A stretch of 64,000 bases of DNA from Salinispira sp. (GTDB lineage Bacteria; Spirochaetota; Spirochaetia; DSM-27196; Salinispiraceae). The notes below the pieces were generated by a model that was given only the letters and a program-made list of their open reading frames with translations, searched no databases and was not told the DNA's origin. The stretch spans positions 352,001-416,000 of the forward strand of contig CBDDDG010000010.1 in the NCBI GenBank assembly GCA_965226555.1, read 5' to 3'. The position numbers and the translations under genes are program-made. Of the stretch, positions 30,456 through 40,975 are shown one piece after another; positions within the stretch are counted from its first letter, which is position 1, and every line of letters begins with the position of its first letter.

Positions 30456-30653
30456 TTACTCCTCATTTTTGAATCCGCCTATTCGTGATCGGTACTCGAC
30501 AATGCGGTCAAGCATTGCCTCCTGAGTTTCCTTCACTATCAGGCGCTTACCGGAAAGCATAATGAGTGTTGTATCCGGATTGTGCTCAATACACTCAATT
30601 TGATGGGGGTTAACAAAATACACTGTACCATCCAAACGGGTTACTTCTATCAT
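30456..30653 (-). CDS. flbD: Flagellar protein FlbD
   Basis: MIEVTRLDG...VNPHQIECIEHNPDTTLIMLSGK. Confidence 0.9.
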   Translation of the reverse strand: MIEVTRLDGTVYFVNPHQIECIEHNPDTTLIMLSGKRLIVKETQEAMLDRIVEYRSRIGGFKNEE

Positions 30654-30733
30654 ATCACAAAACACGCGGATATACTTCAAATCTTGTCAACCGCGCTCTC
30701 CTTCACCTACTTTCTAACTCGCCTTTTTTCCGA

Positions 30734-32170
30734 TTACCGCTTGAGTGTGAGCAATTCCTGAAGCATCTGATCAGAGGTCATAATGGTTTTACTGTTGGCC
30801 TGGAAACCCCGCTGGGTAACGATCATATCGGTAAATTCCTGTGCCAGATCAACATTGCTCATTTCGAGCACTCCGGCAACAACCCGTCCTTTTCCGGCTG
30901 TTCCAACCGGACCAACATCGGGATCGCCTGAATTGATACTTACCCGGTAATTATTATCTCCGGCCTTATCCAGACCGCCGGGGTTTACGAAACTGGCAAG
31001 CGCAATTTGCCCGATCGCGCGGTTTGTTCCGTTGTCGTATATTCCGGTTATTGTACCGCTTTGGTCAACACGGAAATCCTGAAGATAGCCCATTCCGTAG
31101 CCGTCCTGCCGAAAAATTTTGTTGGAGCTGACACTTGCGTATTGGGTTGAGGAATTCTCTGCGCTTCCCACCGATCCCAGATCAATGGTAAAGGTCTGGG
31201 TAATGGGGTCTCCCGGACCTCCGGTTCCCACAAAGGCTGGATCAATATCCGCGGGGTCTACGGGAATGGCGGTGTCGGGCACGGAAAAGCTTACTTCAAC
31301 ATTCAGGGTATCTGCATCGGTGAATCCGCCGGCAAGGCCGCCAACACTTTCAAGCAGACCGAAGTTATCGAACTGAACCTGATAGTTATTATCGCCGATG
31401 GCATTCGGCACGCCATTAACACTAATATTCGGAACAATGGCATTGCCTGCTTCATCCAGTATTTCTATTTCGGCATTCCATTGATTTACGGCGCCGACAA
31501 CCTTGGTATAGCTTACTTCAAGTGTGAGATTACGTCCGTAGGGATCGAATATCTCTTTGCTTGTGCGCCATGTTCCCGCGAGAATATCGTCCTGACCAGC
31601 GCCGGGAGGTATTTCGGGCGTATCGCGGTCCAAATTTGACGCGAGTTCAACGAGGATTGTCGCGCGCGCAGGGTCCTTTCCTCCAATCGGAATGAGCAGG
31701 TCTCCGGTGGCCGCCGAACTGTCAATGAAACTTGTTCCATCTATAAGCTGCGCGTTCCAGCCCTGCACTCTCATACCGTTGGCAGGGTTGACGAGTATTC
31801 CATCCGCATCAAGAGAAAATGCGCCAGCCCGAGTATAGTAATTCTGATCACCTTCACGAAGAACGAAGAATCCCTCTCCCTGAATGGCAACATCGGTCTT
31901 GACTCCCGTTGTCTGGAGAGAGCCCTGAGTAAAAATGGTATCGATGGACGCAACATTCACGCCAAGACCCACCTGCTGCGGATTCACTCCGCCAACCTGC
32001 TCATTGGGTCGGGCAGCGCCGCGCTGAATCTGGGAAAGAAGATCCTGAAAATTCAATCTTCCCCGCTTGAATCCGGTGGTATTAACATTGGAAATGTTAT
32101 TACCAATGACATCCATCCTCGTTTGATGATTCTGAAGCCCCGAGACTCCCGAATACAGTGACCTCATCAT
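30734..32170 (-). CDS. flgE: Flagellar hook protein
   Basis: MMRSLYSGVSGL...IGNNISNVNTTGFK; LEMSNVDLAQEFTDMIVTQRGFQAN. Confidence 0.97.
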   Translation of the reverse strand: MMRSLYSGVSGLQNHQTRMDVIGNNISNVNTTGFKRGRLNFQDLLSQIQRGAARPNEQVGGVNPQQVGLGVNVASIDTIFTQGSLQTTGVKTDVAIQGEGFFVLREGDQNYYTRAGAFSLDADGILVNPANGMRVQGWNAQLIDGTSFIDSSAATGDLLIPIGGKDPARATILVELASNLDRDTPEIPPGAGQDDILAGTWRTSKEIFDPYGRNLTLEVSYTKVVGAVNQWNAEIEILDEAGNAIVPNISVNGVPNAIGDNNYQVQFDNFGLLESVGGLAGGFTDADTLNVEVSFSVPDTAIPVDPADIDPAFVGTGGPGDPITQTFTIDLGSVGSAENSSTQYASVSSNKIFRQDGYGMGYLQDFRVDQSGTITGIYDNGTNRAIGQIALASFVNPGGLDKAGDNNYRVSINSGDPDVGPVGTAGKGRVVAGVLEMSNVDLAQEFTDMIVTQRGFQANSKTIMTSDQMLQELLTLKR

Positions 32171-32739
32171 ACATCGGCCTCCTCATTTTCTGTTGCATCC
32201 TGCGACTGACTACTCTCACGGATTCGTGAGACATCGCTCAGATCAAAATATGATCCATTTACCCGCACCTGGGGATATTCTCCGCGGGTAATCTCCTGAA
32301 CCCTGCCTGTTATGACATTTCCATTCATAATGACCTCAACGTCTTTGCCGAGCATGGAAGTTGCCTGACCTGCCGAGAGAATTGCCGCAAGGTTCTGAAA
32401 ACCGGCGCTCAAATTGGTCATTTGCTCAAGGCTTGAAAATTGCGCCATTTGGGCAATGAACTCACGGTCTTCCATAGGATTGGTCGGGTCCTGGTTCTGA
32501 AGTTGGGTAATGAGAAGCCTGAGATAGTCATCCTTACCCAAATTCTGGCTGATCTCCCGACCCTCCACCTGAATTTCCCGGTTAATACTGCGAACTTCAT
32601 CCGCAATTCCGGCCTGCTCGGCTTCGCTCAGGAGGTTCTCAAAATTCTGCGCATTTTGCGAATCGCCCAGTTGAACAGATGAGCGGTCAATGCCATTCAG
32701 AGTTCTGAATGATGCATCCGCTGATGTAATACCTTCCAT
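32167..32739 (-). CDS. flgD: Flagellar hook capping protein
   Basis: LLITQLQNQDPTNPMEDREFIAQMAQFSSLEQ. Confidence 0.95.
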   Translation of the reverse strand: MEGITSADASFRTLNGIDRSSVQLGDSQNAQNFENLLSEAEQAGIADEVRSINREIQVEGREISQNLGKDDYLRLLITQLQNQDPTNPMEDREFIAQMAQFSSLEQMTNLSAGFQNLAAILSAGQATSMLGKDVEVIMNGNVITGRVQEITRGEYPQVRVNGSYFDLSDVSRIRESSQSQDATENEEADV

Positions 32740-32784
32740 AATTTTCTCCCGGAAAATTTCTCTCCGGCAAACACAGGAGCTCTT

Positions 32785-34389
32785 TCAAGCAAGAATGTTC
32801 ACCGAATCAAATTCCCTTATGTATGCCTGCGCCGCTTCAAGTTCCCTCTCATGAGACTCATGGGAGGCCTGAAATTGGCTGTTCGGACTGCTCGTATTTT
32901 CGGCAAGCAGATTTTCTCCAAACGATTCATCCTCAAGGTTGATATCCACATTCAGATCGTCAAAGCCCTGCTCGGCAAAGGCCTGTTTCAAATCGTCAAG
33001 AACTTCAACAAAGGCTTCTTTCACATATTTATTTTCGACAAAAATTTTCCCGCCTATACTCTTATCTTCAAGCTGCATACGAATTCGCACCCGCCCAAAC
33101 TTTTCAGGCTTAAGAACAAGGCTGATTTCTCCCGCATTCTGCCCCCGCAATATGTAACGGGCATGACGAACAATGTCGGAACCCAATTGCTGCCGAAACT
33201 GAGCTCTGAACTGATCCATAAATTCCGCAGGGCTCATGGTTCGCGCAGGAGCCTCTCCTCCGATTCCATCCGGCGAAGCGCCCGCTGCGCCCTGCGCGCC
33301 CTGCGCATCGGGAACAAGAAATACCTGAATTTCAGCCGTATTGTTCCGCGGGTTTGCATTGTTCTCCGTATTTTGAAACATGATATTGGAGAAGGTGCCG
33401 TATTCCTTGTTTCCCTGTTGATTTTCATTGCCGGAGAATGCGAGCGCAGGGAGCGGGGAATCTTCTGCGTTCCCGGAGGAATGCTCAATGTCGCTGGCGC
33501 CCTCTGAATTATGTTCCAAACGATTAGCCTGATGGGCAGAAACCTGACCTGAAACGGGGCGGCGGGTAGAAGACTGACGCGTAGCTGCATGGCGGGACTT
33601 TGCCTGACCTGAAGCAGGCTCTTTCTGCTGTTTCAGAAACGAAATTTTCCGATCTTCGGTTTTGTGATCGAAAAAGTGCTTTTCGCCTTCTCCATTTTCT
33701 TTCGAAAAAGATTCATTGCCCATGGTATTCTGCGGATCGGATTGATTTTTTTCCAAAACGGAATTTTTATCGGCACTGGCGGTTGCATCAACAATTTTTT
33801 CAGAATTGGCGGTTCCGACGGTTCCTGCCGCGCTGGCGGTTGCATCAACAATTTTTTCAGAATTGGCGGTTCCGACGGTTCCTGCCGCGCTGGCGGTTGC
33901 ATTGGCTGCTGCCGCGCTGAGCGGCGCTGCGGTTTCGTTGGCTGCTGCGGCGCTGAGCGGCGCTGGGGGTTCGTTGGCTGCTGCCGCGCTGAGCGGCGCT
34001 GGGTTTTCGTTGGCTGCTGCGGCGCTGAGCGGCGCTGGGTTTTCGTTGGCGGTTTCATTGGCGGAATTGCTTTTCGCGGTAAAGGTTTTTACTGCTGCGG
34101 CCGACCCAGGTTCTTCGCCATCCGCTTTGATCGGGATATCGGTTTTGTCATGCGGTGTTGTTTTTTCAGCGCCATACTGCTGCGCTTCCTTAAATTCCCT
34201 ATCATCCTCGGGTGCGGGAATCGCTGGTTCAGAAAGCGGGGGCTGGGGAAGATTTTGCAGCGTGTTCAGATAATCGGCGAAGCTGTACGCGGACTCGGGC
34301 GCCAGATCGGGATAGGTATGCGGAGTGAAATAGGAACGATCTGCGGCAAAATAATTGAGACTATTATTGAGATTGGCGAGGTACTGCAT
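32785..34389 (-). CDS. fliK: Flagellar hook-length control protein
   Basis: Low-complexity N-part, C-terminal LKPEKFGRVRI domain, upstream of flgD. Confidence 0.85.
   Translation of the reverse strand: MQYLANLNNSLNYFAADRSYFTPHTYPDLAPESAYSFADYLNTLQNLPQPPLSEPAIPAPEDDREFKEAQQYGAEKTTPHDKTDIPIKADGEEPGSAAAVKTFTAKSNSANETANENPAPLSAAAANENPAPLSAAAANEPPAPLSAAAANETAAPLSAAAANATASAAGTVGTANSEKIVDATASAAGTVGTANSEKIVDATASADKNSVLEKNQSDPQNTMGNESFSKENGEGEKHFFDHKTEDRKISFLKQQKEPASGQAKSRHAATRQSSTRRPVSGQVSAHQANRLEHNSEGASDIEHSSGNAEDSPLPALAFSGNENQQGNKEYGTFSNIMFQNTENNANPRNNTAEIQVFLVPDAQGAQGAAGASPDGIGGEAPARTMSPAEFMDQFRAQFRQQLGSDIVRHARYILRGQNAGEISLVLKPEKFGRVRIRMQLEDKSIGGKIFVENKYVKEAFVEVLDDLKQAFAEQGFDDLNVDINLEDESFGENLLAENTSSPNSQFQASHESHERELEAAQAYIREFDSVNILA
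33776..34050. repeat. Coding tandem repeats in fliK: 57 bp x2 and 36 bp x4
   Basis: TASAAGTVGTANSEKIVDA x2; NE.(P/A)APLSAAAA x4. Confidence 0.9.
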
Positions 34390-34430
34390 TAATCCTCCTG
34401 CAGACCTGCGTCCTGTTTTATGGCCCTGTT

Positions 34431-35078
34431 TTATGAATCGCTCTGTAACGGCGGTTTTTCGGTCATCTTACGTTGAACCGCAGCCGCGCGGTCTTCAGGA
34501 AGCAGCGACAGATAGGTCGCAACCAGCGAGAACATTCCCGCCTCCTCGGCAAGTTCCTGAATCGTGCGAAGAGTATCGATCAATAATTGATCATCATACT
34601 CATTCAAAATTGCCACAGCGTCATTCGGACGCATATTGGTCAGATCTATTGCATTCTGAACCAAGCCTGCCTTTCTATCATCGTACCGATTGCGGGTTTG
34701 ATTAAATGATTTTTCACTTTCGGAGAGAATTTCTTCCCGTTCTTCGAGTTGCGACAGGCGTTCCCCGTAGGTCTGAATATCACGGGCAAGGAATTCCCGC
34801 GCAAGCCCAAGCTCCTGCAGCCGCAATTCTATGGCTAATTCACGTTTCTGCAGTTCCATGGAATCAAGCAGTTCAAAATCGGAATAGTCCACCCTCACCG
34901 ATTCCTCGGGAATAATTCCCACCGACTGCATAAAAGATCGAAATAGCGAACCTGCGTTAACAATGCCCAGAACGTCAAACCATATCAGCCCGCCGATAAC
35001 AAGCACAACAATCAACATGACCAGCATAAGTATAATGGGAACATTCTGCCAAGGAACCCATATTCTGCCCCTATTCAC
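34431..35078 (-). CDS. flbB: Periplasmic flagellar collar protein FlbB
   Basis: TM ending WFDVLG, coiled coil, M.P.DAV.IL...D...LR...S.V..YLSLLP..RAA..QRKM; spirochete gene position. Confidence 0.85.
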   Translation of the reverse strand: MNRGRIWVPWQNVPIILMLVMLIVVLVIGGLIWFDVLGIVNAGSLFRSFMQSVGIIPEESVRVDYSDFELLDSMELQKRELAIELRLQELGLAREFLARDIQTYGERLSQLEEREEILSESEKSFNQTRNRYDDRKAGLVQNAIDLTNMRPNDAVAILNEYDDQLLIDTLRTIQELAEEAGMFSLVATYLSLLPEDRAAAVQRKMTEKPPLQSDS

Positions 35079-35520
35079 TCATTCCTCCCGATCCCGCTGC
35101 CTGAGATGTAACAATATCATCAATTTCTCTATCGTCCGCCTTCATGCGGAGCTTCTGATATTCCTTCCACTGTCTGTCCCGAATTGTCTCCACAGCGCGA
35201 CATTCCTGCAAAGCCTTTCGGTACCCGGCGCGGATGCGCTCTCGTTCATCATCCGCTAAGCTGTATTCTTCTTCACATGCCTGAATGGTGCTTCTGATTC
35301 TCTGTGCATAGCGCTCACGGGCATGATAATAATTCATATCCAGCGATTCCATCGTGGTCGCCGCAACGGTATGCAGTTGTAGTTCTTCATGAAAATTCTG
35401 TATGCGCGTTCTAATGCGATTACAGCGTCTGCTTACTTCACCAAGCTTCATACGCCACTGCTCCTCTTTATGCTTATTCAGGCTGAGCAGCGATTCAAGA
35501 CGAAATGAAAATTTTTTCAT
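35071..35520 (-). CDS. fliJ: Flagellar export protein FliJ
   Basis: MKKFSFRLESLL, coiled coil, downstream of fliI. Confidence 0.9.
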   Translation of the reverse strand: MKKFSFRLESLLSLNKHKEEQWRMKLGEVSRRCNRIRTRIQNFHEELQLHTVAATTMESLDMNYYHARERYAQRIRSTIQACEEEYSLADDERERIRAGYRKALQECRAVETIRDRQWKEYQKLRMKADDREIDDIVTSQAAGSGGMSE

Positions 35521-35542
35521 CGTTCCTATTCATCTCCTTTCA

Positions 35543-36955
35543 TCAATTATAGGTCAGCGGAACATTGTGCGGAGCTGATTTTCGCAGAGATTCCTGTGCC
35601 AAGGCCGAAGTTCGCAGGGCATCATGTGTCGGCGCAGGCTCTCCAACCATCATTTCAGAAAGAGCCCGATATGTTTCTTCCAGAGTAGAACATTCGGCAA
35701 TTTCCTGTTTGAGAAAATCGTTAAACTCCCCGTTTCGCCGTATCGCCTCATCAAGAGTGGGATTCGTTCCTGCCGTATAGGCGCCGATATTGATGAGGTC
35801 CTCATTGTCCCGATAGAGCGATATCAATCCTCTCACATACCGAGCCGCGCGCTGAATTTCAGGAGTAGTTATCTTCGTTGCGAGACGGGAAACCGATTGC
35901 AAAATATCAACAGCCGGATAGTGATTGGACTGAGCAAGATGTCGGCTCAATACCACGTGTCCATCGAGAATTCCCCGAATGGTGTCGGATATCGGCTCAT
36001 CCAGATCATCTCCTTCAACGAGCACCGAATAAAAGCCGGTAATTGTCCCCTTCTCCGAGGTACCGCAGCGCTCCAGTAGCGCAGGGAGCACGCTAAAGGT
36101 GGATGGGGGAAACCCGCGGGTCGCGGGAGCCTCGCCGGTAGCCAGACCAATTTCCCGCTGGGCTCGCGCAAAGCGCGTAATCGAATCGAAAAGCAGCATG
36201 ACATCTTTACCCTGATCCCGAAAATACTCGGCAATGGCGGTTGCGGCATAGGCTCCTTTCAGGCGGGCAGCCGGGGGAGTATCGCCCGATGAAACAACAA
36301 TAACCGAACGCCTGAGTCCTTCCTCGCCCAAATCCTGCTCAATAAATTCCCGAACCTCACGCCCCCGCTCTCCTATGAGCGCGATAACATTAACATCGGC
36401 CGATGTATTCCGCGCAATCATACCCAAAATAGTCGACTTACCTACTCCCGAACCGGAAAAAATACCCATACGCTGACCCTTGCCCGTCGGTATAAATCCA
36501 TCTATTGCGCGAATACCCGTCGCAACCTGCTCACTGATGTTCTTCCTGTTAAGAATGTCGGGCGAATGAGCCATTAGCGGATAAAAATCATCCGCATACA
36601 GTGGTCCCTTATCATCCATGGGCTCTCCAAGCGCATTAAGAATCCTGCCGAGCATGCGCCCGGACACGCCGACATGCAACGATTCATTCGTTGCCCTCAC
36701 CAGCGCCCCCACCTCCACGCCTTCACAGGCAGAAAACGGCATGAGCTGAACTGTTTTGCCGCAGAGTCCAACAGCCTCCGCAAAAATTCTGCCATGCGGG
36801 AGTTCTATTTCGCACATTTCTCCAATAACAACCGGAGGCCCCACACTCTCAATGAGGAGGGCCTGTACCTTTTCCACCCGCCCGATGAACTGAATTGTTT
36901 CAAGATTTTTCACTTTTTCAATGTATCTGGCAAAGTGCTCCATTGCTTCTCCCAT
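35543..36955 (-). CDS. fliI: Flagellar export ATPase
   Basis: GIFSGSGVGKS, ALIGERGREVREF, DSITRFARAQRE, LDGHVVLSR. Confidence 0.97.
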   Translation of the reverse strand: MGEAMEHFARYIEKVKNLETIQFIGRVEKVQALLIESVGPPVVIGEMCEIELPHGRIFAEAVGLCGKTVQLMPFSACEGVEVGALVRATNESLHVGVSGRMLGRILNALGEPMDDKGPLYADDFYPLMAHSPDILNRKNISEQVATGIRAIDGFIPTGKGQRMGIFSGSGVGKSTILGMIARNTSADVNVIALIGERGREVREFIEQDLGEEGLRRSVIVVSSGDTPPAARLKGAYAATAIAEYFRDQGKDVMLLFDSITRFARAQREIGLATGEAPATRGFPPSTFSVLPALLERCGTSEKGTITGFYSVLVEGDDLDEPISDTIRGILDGHVVLSRHLAQSNHYPAVDILQSVSRLATKITTPEIQRAARYVRGLISLYRDNEDLINIGAYTAGTNPTLDEAIRRNGEFNDFLKQEIAECSTLEETYRALSEMMVGEPAPTHDALRTSALAQESLRKSAPHNVPLTYN

Positions 36956-37040
36956 ACGGCTACGCTGATCGAAGGCGGCGCATCCTAGGCTGGTCGCGCT
37001 TCAGCGCTGCTCGCCCAAGCATCCTGCCCGCCATGCGTTG

Positions 37041-37967
37041 TCATCTTTTTTTCAATTTTGATGACTGAGTAATCGGCGCAATTTTTTTTATTGAATCTTC
37101 AATCTTCTTAAGCTGCGAATGAATTCGGGCATCGATGTTGCCGAAATCCGTTTCAATAATTGCCCCCCCGGGGTCCACAGTGGAATCTTCCATAACAGTA
37201 ACATTGTTCACCCGCTCAATGCGTTCAATGAACTTTTCGGCATACGCGCTTGTTATCTTCAAATCTTTAAAATTTACCCGAATGACCACATCGGCTCGCG
37301 CTTTTAACTTTTTGAGCGCCTGTTGTATGGTATTAATAACAACATTCCGCTGACTATCGCTGGTTGTTTTTATTATCTTGCGCGCAATCTGAAAAACGAG
37401 GTCGATGAGCTGGGACTCGCTTTCTTCAAGAATTTCCTTTCTGCGTTCAATGGTTTTGTTGATAATGGTATGCAGATGATTTGTGAGCCGTTCGACTTCC
37501 TCTTTTCCCGATTCATACCCGGCCGCGCGTCCAGCTTCATCGCCCCTCTGCCGAGCCGCTTCCTCCAACTTATCCACTTCCTTACGGGCATCGGCGAGAA
37601 TTTTTTCGGCTTCCGCTCGGGCATTTTCCCGCATTTCTCTCCATTCACTTTCCGCTTTTTCCCGTTCCATCTGCATGGACTCTGTCTGACGACGCGCTTT
37701 CTCCACGGCGGTGATCTCGGCTTCCTGAATAATGCGCTCAGCCTGAGCGCGGGAACTCCTTTCCATTCGCGCCCGTTCTTCTTCCCACTGAGCCTTGAAC
37801 AGTTCGGCCTCTCTGCGGAGATCATCGGCAGTGGGACCTGTGTACTGCTCGGCAGCATCCTCATTTTTTTCAATTTCCTCAACCGGCGCAAGTTCACGAG
37901 TGGAGGCAATGTTCACTACATCTTCTGAAACCCGGAATTCACCATGATGCAGAATGTTTTTTGTCAT
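37041..37967 (-). CDS. fliH: Flagellar assembly protein FliH
   Basis: Coiled coil, GxxxG repeats, DPGGAIIETDFGNIDARI; GAGGAG RBS. Confidence 0.93.
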   Translation of the reverse strand: MTKNILHHGEFRVSEDVVNIASTRELAPVEEIEKNEDAAEQYTGPTADDLRREAELFKAQWEEERARMERSSRAQAERIIQEAEITAVEKARRQTESMQMEREKAESEWREMRENARAEAEKILADARKEVDKLEEAARQRGDEAGRAAGYESGKEEVERLTNHLHTIINKTIERRKEILEESESQLIDLVFQIARKIIKTTSDSQRNVVINTIQQALKKLKARADVVIRVNFKDLKITSAYAEKFIERIERVNNVTVMEDSTVDPGGAIIETDFGNIDARIHSQLKKIEDSIKKIAPITQSSKLKKR

Positions 37968-38009
37968 TGATACTCCTCTGCCGTATGCATGCCGCATACG
38001 TGCGCATGC

Positions 38010-39095
38010 CTACACAACCAATTCATCATCACCCGCGCGGGCAACAACAATTTCTCCCTGATCTTCCAACTTGCGGATAATCGCAACAATTTTTTGCTGC
38101 GATTCTTCAACATCCTTCATGCGCACAGGACCCATATATTCCATATCCTCACGCAGAAGCTGGCTGGCGCGCTTCGACATATTACGGAAAATCTTATCCT
38201 GCACCTCGGTATCAACAGCCTTCAGCGCTCGGGCAAGTTCCGCTGTATCTACTTCCCGCATAACCTTTTGAATTGCGCGGTCATCAAGCATGACAATATC
38301 TTCAAACACAAACATGCGCTTTTTAATTTCTTCGGCAAGCTCGGGGTCTTCTTCTTCAAGATTCTCAATAATAACCTTTTCTGTTGATCGATCCACAAGG
38401 TTGAGAATCTCAACAATACTTTCCACACCGCCCGCCGACGTATAATCTTCGGAACTGAGGGTAGACAGTTTCTTTTCGAGCACCCGCTCAACTTCCCGCA
38501 AAACCTCCGGCAATGTCCTGTCCATGGTCGCGATGCGCCGCGCCACATCCGACTGAATTTCATTTGGAAGGCTGCCTATAATAATAGATGCCTTGTTTGG
38601 TTCAAGATAGGCAAGGATGAGGGCAATGGTCTGCGGGTGCTCCTGTTGAATAAAATTTAGCAGGTGGGTCGGATCGGTACGGCGGATAAAGTCGAAGGGA
38701 CGCACCTTTAAGCTGGAGGTGAGCCGATTGATGATCTCCACCGCCTTCTGCGACCCAAGGCTTCGTTCAATCAATTCCCGAGCATAATTGATACCGCCGC
38801 TCGTTATAAAATCCTGCGCCATCATGAGTTCATGGAATTCCGCAAGCACCATATCTTTTTCTTCCGATGTAATGGCTTCCAAACGGGCAACTTCAAATGT
38901 TATTTTTTCAATTTCGTCTTCTCTGAGATGCTTGAAAATTTCCGCAGAAAGTTCACTTCCGAGGGATACGAGAAATACCGCAGCCTTCTTCCGTCCGTTC
39001 AGTTCGCGTTTAACACTGCTCCGCCTGACGCCGATGCTCGCGGGAGCTGCGCTCTGATGCGGACGCGATTGTTGATGAGATTGCTGTTTGGCCAT
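38010..39095 (-). CDS. fliG: Flagellar switch protein FliG
   Basis: KAAVFLVSLG, EHPQTIALIL, MFVFEDI, NMSKRA. Confidence 0.97.
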   Translation of the reverse strand: MAKQQSHQQSRPHQSAAPASIGVRRSSVKRELNGRKKAAVFLVSLGSELSAEIFKHLREDEIEKITFEVARLEAITSEEKDMVLAEFHELMMAQDFITSGGINYARELIERSLGSQKAVEIINRLTSSLKVRPFDFIRRTDPTHLLNFIQQEHPQTIALILAYLEPNKASIIIGSLPNEIQSDVARRIATMDRTLPEVLREVERVLEKKLSTLSSEDYTSAGGVESIVEILNLVDRSTEKVIIENLEEEDPELAEEIKKRMFVFEDIVMLDDRAIQKVMREVDTAELARALKAVDTEVQDKIFRNMSKRASQLLREDMEYMGPVRMKDVEESQQKIVAIIRKLEDQGEIVVARAGDDELVV

Positions 39096-39098
39096 AGA

Positions 39099-40805
39099 TC
39101 ACTCCTCTGAAAGCCAGGTGCGGATAAGGTGGGCGACTTCTTCCGGCTGTTCTCTTACCATATTGATGATGGCTTCCTGCAACTCAATACGGGATCGCTC
39201 ATCGACCGACATTTCTACTTCCATGCCGGTTTCATCGGCTCTTCTGAGAGCCTCCTCACGCATGGACTGATGCTGCCGCGCGAGCTCTTCCTCTCTCAGC
39301 CGTCTTCGGCGTTCAAGTTCTTTGACCACAATACGGAATAGTATGAACAGTACTATTACTACGATGATGATAATGATAACAACTGGTATTATCTGCTGTG
39401 TTTGAAACTGACGGAGGACTATCTGATCTTCGTTTTGATGTTCGGAGGTCCTGTCGAAGGCAATGGTTCTCACAGTAACCACATCGCCTCTGCTCTGACT
39501 ATAACCAACCGCGCCCTGAATGAGCTCAGTCGCCCGTGAAAGTTCTTCATTACTCACTGAAATATATTCCCGATCAATACGATTATCCGGCAGGAAGATA
39601 ACTTCCCCTTGTTCATTGTACTTCCAGCGCCAAATTCCATCGATGGCAACACCGACCGAAATCCGCTTAATTTCCGGGGTTCCCGTTTCACGGGTAACCT
39701 GACGATTCAGTTCATAGTTTGTTGAATTTTCATTTCTATTATAGGTTCCTACCAGTCCTTCAAGGTCCTGATAACTGGGGGGCGTTTGCCCCTCTACTCC
39801 CGGGGGACCCTGGGGATTAAAACCGCTGCCGGTATATGCCTCATCGAACTCACTCGCGGAGCGGAGGGCATTCAATACCACTTCCCGTTCGCTGAAGGGC
39901 GTTGCCGGATCATCCGGTGTTACAACAATGGGAAAAAACTCTTCGGTTTCAATCTCCTTGTTGCCGTAATCGAGATCAACCTCAATGTTGAGAATTTCAA
40001 TTCTCTCTGTCGTGAAAATTCCGGCAAGCGCCGATGTAATGGCCTTAATATATTGATTTTCGAGGTCCCGCTTGAGATCAAGTTCTCTCCGACTCTGTTC
40101 CAGACGATCCAGACCGGAGAGGTCTTCAAAGTCGTTAAGCGTACGGCCGCTGGCGTCGGCAATGGTGGTATATTCGGCAGTGAGCCCGGGCACGGCAAAC
40201 TGCACGAGTTCCTGAATGCCTTCAAGCTTTGCCCTGTTCCCGGTTATGTCGCTCCCGGGTTTCGGGATAAGTATGATGGATGCGGTAACCGGATCCTGAT
40301 CTTCGGAGAAGAGGGTTTTTTCCGGTATGACAATGGTTACACTCGCATCATCAATATCATCGAGGGCCTCAATGTGCTGAATAAGCTGATTGGTTATGGA
40401 ACGCAGTAAGTTAACATCACGCTCGTAGTCGGTTATCATCCACCGATCCATGTCGAACAGCTCCCAGGCATCGGTATCGCCGGGCAGAAGGCCTTCTGTT
40501 GCAAGAATCGCCCGCGCTCTGAGAGCGGTGGGCCTGTCGTCAACCATAAAAACAAAATTGGAGGTTAATGTATAGGTAATTCCCTCGGCATCCAGACGCG
40601 CTCCGATCTGCTGACGAAGGGTTTCATTCGTAATGCCCTGAGTGAGAACAGGCTCCATGCTGGGGGCAGCGCTGAAACCAATAATTGCTGTAAGTGCTAT
40701 AACGGCGGCAAGTAATACACTGACAAAAATAACACGTTGTATGCTCGACCAGTCTGACCAAACATTCCTGATCGAATCAAACAACTTCTTAAAAAAGTCG
40801 CCCAT
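39099..40805 (-). CDS. fliF: Flagellar MS-ring protein
   Basis: Two TMs, TASIIL.P, C-terminal PEEVAHLIRTWL; upstream of fliG. Confidence 0.93.
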   Translation of the reverse strand: MGDFFKKLFDSIRNVWSDWSSIQRVIFVSVLLAAVIALTAIIGFSAAPSMEPVLTQGITNETLRQQIGARLDAEGITYTLTSNFVFMVDDRPTALRARAILATEGLLPGDTDAWELFDMDRWMITDYERDVNLLRSITNQLIQHIEALDDIDDASVTIVIPEKTLFSEDQDPVTASIILIPKPGSDITGNRAKLEGIQELVQFAVPGLTAEYTTIADASGRTLNDFEDLSGLDRLEQSRRELDLKRDLENQYIKAITSALAGIFTTERIEILNIEVDLDYGNKEIETEEFFPIVVTPDDPATPFSEREVVLNALRSASEFDEAYTGSGFNPQGPPGVEGQTPPSYQDLEGLVGTYNRNENSTNYELNRQVTRETGTPEIKRISVGVAIDGIWRWKYNEQGEVIFLPDNRIDREYISVSNEELSRATELIQGAVGYSQSRGDVVTVRTIAFDRTSEHQNEDQIVLRQFQTQQIIPVVIIIIIVVIVLFILFRIVVKELERRRRLREEELARQHQSMREEALRRADETGMEVEMSVDERSRIELQEAIINMVREQPEEVAHLIRTWLSEE

Positions 40806-40876
40806 ATCCCCTCCCAAGAATTGAACACGAAGTCGTATCTCACTATATTACACGGAAAAACAAAAAATGCAAAGGA

Positions 40877-40962
40877 AAAGTTTTGCATTTTGCAAAATTT
40901 TTTATACCTTGAGAGAATCAAGAATAGAAACTTTTGCATTGGAATATAAAGATGAGAGAATT
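40877..40962 (+). repeat. Palindromic element P5 (second spacer type, degenerate)
   Basis: AAAGTTTTGCATTTTGCAAAATTT + TATACCTTGAGAGAATCAAGA...GATGAGAGAAT, shared with 54111-54209. Confidence 0.75.
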
Positions 40963-40975
40963 TTCATGGAGAAAC

